Under the pieces are notes generated by a model. The model searched no databases, had not been told where the DNA came from, and saw only the letters and a list, made by a program, of their open reading frames with translations. From the NCBI GenBank assembly GCA_963719085.1, contig CAVRAL010000004.1:128001-192000 (forward strand): a DNA stretch of 64,000 nt, written 5' to 3'. How positions within the stretch are numbered: the stretch's first letter is position 1; each line of letters opens with the position of its first letter. The position numbers were made by a program, and so were the translations under genes. Shown in pieces: positions 58,263 to 64,000 of the stretch. This DNA is from a candidate division FCPU426 bacterium. Its GTDB lineage: Bacteria > Oederibacteriota > Muellerivitia > Muellerivitales > Muellerivitaceae.

Positions 58263-61200
58263 GGTTTGGAATCGCCGGGAATCCCGCCCCAAGCCTTCAC
58301 CCAAGCGTCGGTCGAGAGGGGCGCCAGGTTCCCGCTGGAATCCACCGAGCAAAGCCCGGCCACGCGGGAGCGCAAAAGCAATTGATCCGGATCCAAAGGA
58401 TCCATCCAAGTGGAATCCAAAATCTTAATCCCGCCCTTTTTATCCAAGAGTTTTAAAGACTTTCCGTCGGGCGAAAATCCAAGCTCCACGGTGAGGACTC
58501 CATCTTGGGTCTCATCGCCGATGGGCTCGCCGGTTTTCTCGTCCCACACCTGGCGCCCGCCGTCTTGGTAAGCCAACACCAGGGCCTGACCCTTGGGGCT
58601 GAAGGCCGAATCCTGCACCGGCCCCGCGTGCTGTAACGGATTGCCGGCCGGCTTGCCCGTGGCGGTGTCCCAAAGCCGCACCGTGCCATCGGACCCGAAA
58701 GTCGCCACCCGGGTGCCGTCGGGGCTGAAAAGAACATTGGAAAGCGCGTGGCCATGGGCGAAAACCCTGACCTGTTTTCCCGAGGAAGCGTCCCACAAAG
58801 TCGCGTTCAAGCCCGAGGCCGTAACGACCGCGCGGCTGTCGGGGCTGAAAGCCGCCGCCTGGACCTTGTGATCAATTTTAAGCAGGGCTTTGGCGTCGCC
58901 GCTGTCCGAGGCCGGAAAAAGCTTAAACGCGCCTCCCGCTCCGAGAACCGCCGCTCTTTTTCCATCGGGGCTGATCGAGATCTTGTCGATTTTGAAACCC
59001 ACGTCCAAGGGTTTTCCCTTTGCTTGGGCGCTGGCGGCGTCCCAGAAACGCAGGGTCTGATCATCGCCGCCGGTCAAAATTGTTTTTCCGTTCTGGCTGA
59101 AGGCCCCCGCGTGGACCGCGCCATCCTGGGGCAGGCTTTGGGCCTTGCCCGAGCCCAAGTCAAAAAGTTTGGCTTCATTGGCCGAATCGCACAAAAGCAC
59201 TTGTTGGTCGTCGGGGCTGAACAGGGCCCGGAAAAGGGTTCCGTCCGTCGTCAAAGGCCCGCCGATGGCCTTCCCTGAATCCGCGTCCCAAAGACAAGCG
59301 GACTTGCCGCCATAGGTGATTAAGGTCTTCGCGTCATGGCTGAGAAGCGCGTGCGTCTGGAGCGCTTTCAAATGTTCCCGGCCGCCGGTTTTCCAAGCCA
59401 AGCCCGTTTGAGAACCCGCGCCGCGGGAAACATCCCAAAAACGGATCAACCCGTCCTGGGTCCCCGTGATCAGGCGCCGGCCATCGGGGCCAAAAGCCGC
59501 CGCGGTCACGCCCGACCCATGCCACAACATTTTCCCCAAAGGCTGGCCGGTCTCAGCGTCCCAAACCCAAGCCACGTGGTCGGAGGTTCCCGCCACAATC
59601 TCCGACCCGTCCGGGCTGAATCCCAAGCTTAAAACCTTGCCGTTGGTATGGAGCGTAAACCTTTCGGGCGAGCGGTTTTTAAAGCTCCAAACCCGCACCT
59701 CGCCCGTGGCGCCGGCGAAAATGACCGAGCTCACGAATTTTTGTCCGTTGGGGCTCAACGCCGCTTGGGCGCCCAGGCCTTCCAGATAAAGGTGCCGTCC
59801 CTGCGCGCGGCCATTGCCCGCGTCATAAAACCAGATACTGCCGTCCCAACCCGTCGCCACGATCTGGCTTCCGTTCAGGCTGTAAAAGAGGCTGGGTTTA
59901 AAGGAGGCCGCGGCGCCTTTCATCCTCAAATCCAAAGGCTTTTCCACCGGATTCCCATTGGACGCGTCCCAAATTTGCGCGGTCCCGTCTTTACTGGCGG
60001 TTAAAACCCGGTGGCCGTCGGGACTAAAGAGCGCCTGGAACAAGGACTCGGATTGTTTGAAAACGGTTTTCAAGGGCTTGCCCGTGGCGGCGTCAAATAA
60101 ACGCGCCACGCCGTCCGCGCCGGCGGTCAGGACCCAGCGGCCGTCCGGGCTGAAGCAAATGGAATTGATTTGTTTGTCGGTTTCGATGGCCCCGCCGATT
60201 TGTTTTCCGGTCTCGACGTCCCAGACCCCGGCGTTGCCGTCCGCGTCGCCGCAAGCCACCTGGGAACCGTCCGAGTTAAAAGCCGCGGCCGTGGCCGCGC
60301 CGCCGGTTTTAAAAACCCGGTTTAAGGATTGGCCGTCCGCCGTAAATAACCGCGCGCCCGCGCTTCCGCCGGCGGCCAGGATTTTTTTACCCGAAGGGCT
60401 CAAGGCGACCGCCACGATGCTTCCATCCTGGGAAAAGACGGCCCCCGGAATGGGCGGCATATGCAACACCGCGTTACCCCGGGCTAAAAGGGTGGGCAAA
60501 ATTTTATTGGAAGCGGCGAAATAAGCCGTGGCTGAGGCCTCGTCATCTTTATCCAAATATTCCCGGCCCCGAAGGACATAGTTGAAAGCCGTGTCCTGAA
60601 CCTGGGATTGTTGGCGCTCATGGACAAAAAACCAGGCGGTTAAAGCGCCCAGGAGCGCCAACGCGGCCAACCCCACCGAGACCCGGTAAAGCATCAAAAA
60701 CTTCCCCAGCCAATAACCCCAATCGTGGGAGAGCGGGCTCACCGGCTTCCCTTCCCGGCGGGCCTTGAGGTCTTTGAGCACGTCGCTCACGCTGGCGTAG
60801 CGCTCCAACGGATTGGGCTTCATGCACTTGTCGATAATGGCGGACAGGTCCCGGTCCACCCGGCCCTTGGTGATTTCAAACAGGGGCGGAACCACGTGAT
60901 GGGCGATGGAATCGCGGTAAAGCCTCAACCGTTCCTCGACCTGGGGCGTGGACTCCAATTGGGTTCCAATTTCCTCATGCGGCACATGCCCGCTGAGCAT
61001 GGTGTAGGCGGTACAGCCCAGCGCGTAAATGTCCCAACGGGCGTCGGGCTGAAGCGGATGGTCTTGGTCGGGGATAACCGCTTGTTCGGGCGCCATAAAA
61101 AAAAGCGTGCCGAGGGCGCTTCCGGACTCGCTCAAGACACGGGAATTGCCGAAGTCCGCCACCCGCACATGGCCTTCCTCATCCAATAAAACGTTGGCGG

Positions 61201-61735
61201 GTTTTAAATCGCAATGCACCATCTGCTTGTGATGGACATATTGAAGGGCCTGCGCGATCTGTTCCATCCAATCGGCGGCTTGTTCCACCTTGAATAAGCC
61301 CGACTCGGAAAGTTTGGTTTTCTGGATCAACCCTTCCAAGGACCCTTCTTGGGCCAAGTCCATGACGTAATAAGGCGTCTCGCCGCCCAGGTCCGCGTCG
61401 AGCAGGGACACGATGTTGGGATGCTTGTCGAGCCGGATCAGGCGCTCCGCTTCCCGCTGCAGGAAAAACCAGTGAACGCCGCCTTTTTTGATGAAGACCT
61501 TCACGGCCACGAAACGCCGGGTGCGAAGCTGGATGGCTTCCCAAACCTGGGCGTAAGCGCCCCGGCCCAGCGGCTTGATGATCATATAGCCGGGAATTTT
61601 CGGGGCTTCCTCATGCTGTTTGAGGTCTTGGATTTCGGAAAGCTGCTGGGAAACCCGCTGGGATTCCTCGGTTTGGGCCATGGTCTGGTAAATGTTGGAG
61701 GGTTCGGAGGATTTCGGTTCTTTTTTCTTGGCCAT
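58259..61735 (-). CDS. Hanks-type Ser/Thr protein kinase with one TM helix and about 16 WD40 repeats
   Basis: GRGAYAQV, VAVK, HCDLKPAN, DFG, MAPEQ, DIYALG; TM helix; repeated FSPDG...RLWD. Confidence 0.92.
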   Translation of the reverse strand: MAKKKEPKSSEPSNIYQTMAQTEESQRVSQQLSEIQDLKQHEEAPKIPGYMIIKPLGRGAYAQVWEAIQLRTRRFVAVKVFIKKGGVHWFFLQREAERLIRLDKHPNIVSLLDADLGGETPYYVMDLAQEGSLEGLIQKTKLSESGLFKVEQAADWMEQIAQALQYVHHKQMVHCDLKPANVLLDEEGHVRVADFGNSRVLSESGSALGTLFFMAPEQAVIPDQDHPLQPDARWDIYALGCTAYTMLSGHVPHEEIGTQLESTPQVEERLRLYRDSIAHHVVPPLFEITKGRVDRDLSAIIDKCMKPNPLERYASVSDVLKDLKARREGKPVSPLSHDWGYWLGKFLMLYRVSVGLAALALLGALTAWFFVHERQQSQVQDTAFNYVLRGREYLDKDDEASATAYFAASNKILPTLLARGNAVLHMPPIPGAVFSQDGSIVAVALSPSGKKILAAGGSAGARLFTADGQSLNRVFKTGGAATAAAFNSDGSQVACGDADGNAGVWDVETGKQIGGAIETDKQINSICFSPDGRWVLTAGADGVARLFDAATGKPLKTVFKQSESLFQALFSPDGHRVLTASKDGTAQIWDASNGNPVEKPLDLRMKGAAASFKPSLFYSLNGSQIVATGWDGSIWFYDAGNGRAQGRHLYLEGLGAQAALSPNGQKFVSSVIFAGATGEVRVWSFKNRSPERFTLHTNGKVLSLGFSPDGSEIVAGTSDHVAWVWDAETGQPLGKMLWHGSGVTAAAFGPDGRRLITGTQDGLIRFWDVSRGAGSQTGLAWKTGGREHLKALQTHALLSHDAKTLITYGGKSACLWDADSGKAIGGPLTTDGTLFRALFSPDDQQVLLCDSANEAKLFDLGSGKAQSLPQDGAVHAGAFSQNGKTILTGGDDQTLRFWDAASAQAKGKPLDVGFKIDKISISPDGKRAAVLGAGGAFKLFPASDSGDAKALLKIDHKVQAAAFSPDSRAVVTASGLNATLWDASSGKQVRVFAHGHALSNVLFSPDGTRVATFGSDGTVRLWDTATGKPAGNPLQHAGPVQDSAFSPKGQALVLAYQDGGRQVWDEKTGEPIGDETQDGVLTVELGFSPDGKSLKLLDKKGGIKILDSTWMDPLDPDQLLLRSRVAGLCSVDSSGNLAPLSTDAWVKAWGGIPGDSKP

Positions 61736-61883
61736 GGGAGGTTCCTTCGGACCGTCGGACTTTCAGTTCCGGCGCCCGGGATGACAAGCGCGGTCAGGTT
61801 AGCCGGGAAGGAAAACCTTTTCAAGGTACCCGCGCCTAAAATGGGTGGAATTTTTCAAAAAAATCCCGGGGACCCGGAAGGAA

Positions 61884-61910
61884 CAACGTGGAAGTTCGTC
61901 AAAAGTTACG
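61884..61910 (-). promoter_or_regulatory. ECF-sigma-type promoter candidate upstream of the kinase
   Basis: Minus strand CGTAAC-N16-CGTTG. Confidence 0.45.
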
Positions 61911-61944
61911 AAAAAATCGATCCTCTTGATCGTCGCTGAAACCG

Positions 61945-62709
61945 CTAAGCGGACGTGACCCAGCCATTTTCAACCACAGTCCGCCAAGCGCTTGGGAAAG
62001 AACCCGGATTCGAAACGAAAATCTTTTCTTGGGCGATCGTTTCCAGCATCAAGGATCGCCTCAGGCCCTGAACCAGCGCCGCCGTCTCCATCTCGACCGG
62101 CATCACCTGGGGTTCCCCCGCCCTGGCGAAAACCATCAGGGCCTCATTCCCCGGGACGAAAGGATTTTGGGGCAAGGCTTTCAACCCTTGGGTCGTAAAA
62201 ATTTCCCAGGGACTAAAAAGATGGTGGGACGATTCGATCAAAGCAACCGAGCTTTTCAAGCGAAAGGCCGCCCCGCGGTCATGAATATCAGCCATCGACA
62301 GGCTGGTTTCCCCGGGCGCGTAAAAGGCGCGGTCCAATGCCCATTCAAGCCTCGCCACATCGGCAATATAGGGCCAAGGGCTGATCTCGGAACGCCCGGA
62401 TAAAAAGTCACCCAGGCTTTCGCCGTAATGGGTCAAATCCGGGTTCGTTGAGGGATGGCGATAGATATATTCCCGGCCCAAAAAATTAAAATTGTTCTCC
62501 CCCAAAAGCGCCAGGCAAAAAGGATAGGTGTCCTTCAAAGCCTGAAGCATGCCGAAAATCAGGTTGGCGCGGTAAACCTTCATCCCGTTTCCCGGGTCCG
62601 GCTTGTCGCCGCTTAAAAAAAGACCGCGAATCTGTTGTTGCTGATCCGGCGGGACTTTAGGCGCGTAAACATAACGGATGAATTCTTTTTGGGATTGTTC
62701 AAGCGACAT
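61945..62709 (-). CDS. bufC: DUF2063 MNIO partner protein (BufC/HvfC-like)
   Basis: GMKVYRAN, TYP...LLGE..F, YG..L.DFL, DVARLEWA; overlaps the DUF692 stop. Confidence 0.8.
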   Translation of the reverse strand: MSLEQSQKEFIRYVYAPKVPPDQQQQIRGLFLSGDKPDPGNGMKVYRANLIFGMLQALKDTYPFCLALLGENNFNFLGREYIYRHPSTNPDLTHYGESLGDFLSGRSEISPWPYIADVARLEWALDRAFYAPGETSLSMADIHDRGAAFRLKSSVALIESSHHLFSPWEIFTTQGLKALPQNPFVPGNEALMVFARAGEPQVMPVEMETAALVQGLRRSLMLETIAQEKIFVSNPGSFPSAWRTVVENGWVTSA

Positions 62710-63526
62710 GGATTTTTTCTTCCAGGATGGATTGGGCCTTCCTTGACTCGGCGTAAAGCACGTCGAACTCGGGGATATTCAAGTCCCACTCAATCAGCGT
62801 CGGCACGCCTTGAAATCGCTTCACCGCGCGGCGGTAAAGATCCCACACCTCCTCGGCGATCGGCGCCCCATGGTTGTCGATCAAGATCCCGTCGGAGCGA
62901 AGATGGCCGGCCAGATGCATTTGCTTGACCCGCGCCACGGGGATGGATTCCAGGTAGCGAACCGGGTCAAACCGTAAATTTTCCGAATTGACGAAAACAT
63001 TATTCACGTCCAACAACAGGTCGCAGTCGGCGGCTTGGGCCACCGCCGCGACGAATTCCCATTCTTCCATCTCGGCTTGGGCGAAATGGAGGTAGCCTGA
63101 AAGGTTTTCAATCAGGATCCGGCGCTTTAAAAGGTCTTGGACCCGCTGAATCCGCTCGGCGGTATGGCGGACGGCTTCTTGGGTAAAGGGCAAGGGCAAA
63201 AGATCATGGGTTTGCAGGCCCTCCGCGCCGATCCAGCAAAGATGGTCCGAAACCCATTCGGGCTGGTAGCGGTCGATGAGTTCGGAAAGATTTTTAAAAT
63301 AATCGGCGTCGATCGGATCGATCGACCCTAGATTCATGCCCACGCCGTGGAACACCAGCGGGTATCGGGAACGGACCTGCGCCAAGGCCCGGTGCGGAAC
63401 CACACCCGGGTTCATATAATTATCCGCCAGAACCTCGAACCAGGGAACTTCCGGCCGGGTTTCTAAAATGCGGGAAAGATGTCGGGAGCGAAGCCCCAGC
63501 CCCGCCCCCTTGATCCTGGAATCCAT
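62699..63526 (-). CDS. bufB: DUF692 multinuclear non-heme iron oxidase (MNIO), BufB-like
   Basis: GLGLRSRH, EVLADNY, HGVGMNLGS, SDHLCW, DLLPLP, IENLSGY, LLDVNN, HLAGH, DNHG, IEWD. Confidence 0.92.
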   Translation of the reverse strand: MDSRIKGAGLGLRSRHLSRILETRPEVPWFEVLADNYMNPGVVPHRALAQVRSRYPLVFHGVGMNLGSIDPIDADYFKNLSELIDRYQPEWVSDHLCWIGAEGLQTHDLLPLPFTQEAVRHTAERIQRVQDLLKRRILIENLSGYLHFAQAEMEEWEFVAAVAQAADCDLLLDVNNVFVNSENLRFDPVRYLESIPVARVKQMHLAGHLRSDGILIDNHGAPIAEEVWDLYRRAVKRFQGVPTLIEWDLNIPEFDVLYAESRKAQSILEEKIHVA

Positions 63527-63533
63527 ACGAAAC

Positions 63534-63863
63534 TTACATCGCCGCCGGAGTGGTGGACGGCGTGGCCGACATCATGGCGCCTTCCACATGGCCGCCCAAC
63601 TTGTCGCAAACCCCGACCGGCAGGAAGATCCAGTCATTCGGATCATTGTCCACTTTGGACGTTCCCGCGCAGGCATGCGACTTGGTGGCGCAATCGTTCT
63701 TCCCGGCCTTGGCCACGCCGTAGCATTTTTCCGTCTTGACCATCTTGGTCCAAGGCTTCGCGTTGGCTTGGGTGGCCACGCTCGCCACACCGAAAGCCAT
63801 CAGGCTCGCCAGGGCCGTCGTCGAGACCAGTTTCGGACGATCGGTGAAAATATTCGCTTTCAT
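63534..63863 (-). CDS. bufA1: DUF2282 bufferin-type RiPP precursor (BufA1-like)
   Basis: Signal peptide (ANA|K); EKCYGVAKAGKNDC...HACAG...W..LP.G.CDKLGG with four Cys. Confidence 0.9.
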   Translation of the reverse strand: MKANIFTDRPKLVSTTALASLMAFGVASVATQANAKPWTKMVKTEKCYGVAKAGKNDCATKSHACAGTSKVDNDPNDWIFLPVGVCDKLGGHVEGAMMSATPSTTPAAM

Positions 63864-63922
63864 AACACGCTCCTTGAAATTTTTAAGGCGGCTCCACTTG
63901 ACGTGAACCCGGCCTGAACCAA

Positions 63923-63950
63923 TATACCCCCGGGGTTTTAAAAAGTTACG
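63923..63950 (-). promoter_or_regulatory. ECF-sigma-type promoter candidate for the buf cluster
   Basis: Minus strand CGTAAC-N16-GGTATA. Confidence 0.5.
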
Positions 63951-64000
63951 TCGAAGAGCGTTAATCCGGGGCTAATTGAAATGAACCCCCGGGTAACCCT

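Overview
Gene-dense 64-kb chromosomal segment of a diderm (LPS-making) bacterium using the standard genetic code, with most genes on the minus strand. Reading left to right it contains: (1) a Kdo/heptose/LPS region (pyrG fragment, kdsB, gmhA, gmhB, an msbA-like exporter, a GT9, two stand-alone heptose kinases and two heptose nucleotidyltransferases) interspersed with GT-C-type membrane glycosyltransferases; (2) an XRE regulator, citrate synthase, a DUF1573 protein and an outer-membrane barrel; (3) a xylose-type ABC system (xylF/G/H) split by two paralogous small beta-barrel genes; (4) ahcY and metK; (5) an oligosaccharide ABC transporter divergent from a GH3 glucosidase; (6) an NHL/GT9/GT2/GT-C+PA14 glycosylation cluster, a GH125-like hydrolase, a TMEM260/DUF2723-like transferase, a beta-carbonic anhydrase, an APC-USP permease, a GH127-like hydrolase and a Bcr/CflA pump; (7) a translationally coupled membrane Ser/Thr kinase-WD40 plus FHA-class III cyclase module; (8) a bufferin-type MNIO RiPP cluster (DUF2282-DUF692-DUF2063) with no downstream DoxX gene. 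Non-coding highlights are an 81-bp tandem hairpin with compensatory changes whose truncated third copy supplies an RBS and start codon, several REP-like periodic inverted-repeat families, recurrent leaderless sigma70 promoters, and a shared ECF-like promoter motif. No rRNA, tRNA, CRISPR array or transposase was recognised. All protein calls come from motif recognition by eye, not from database searches.
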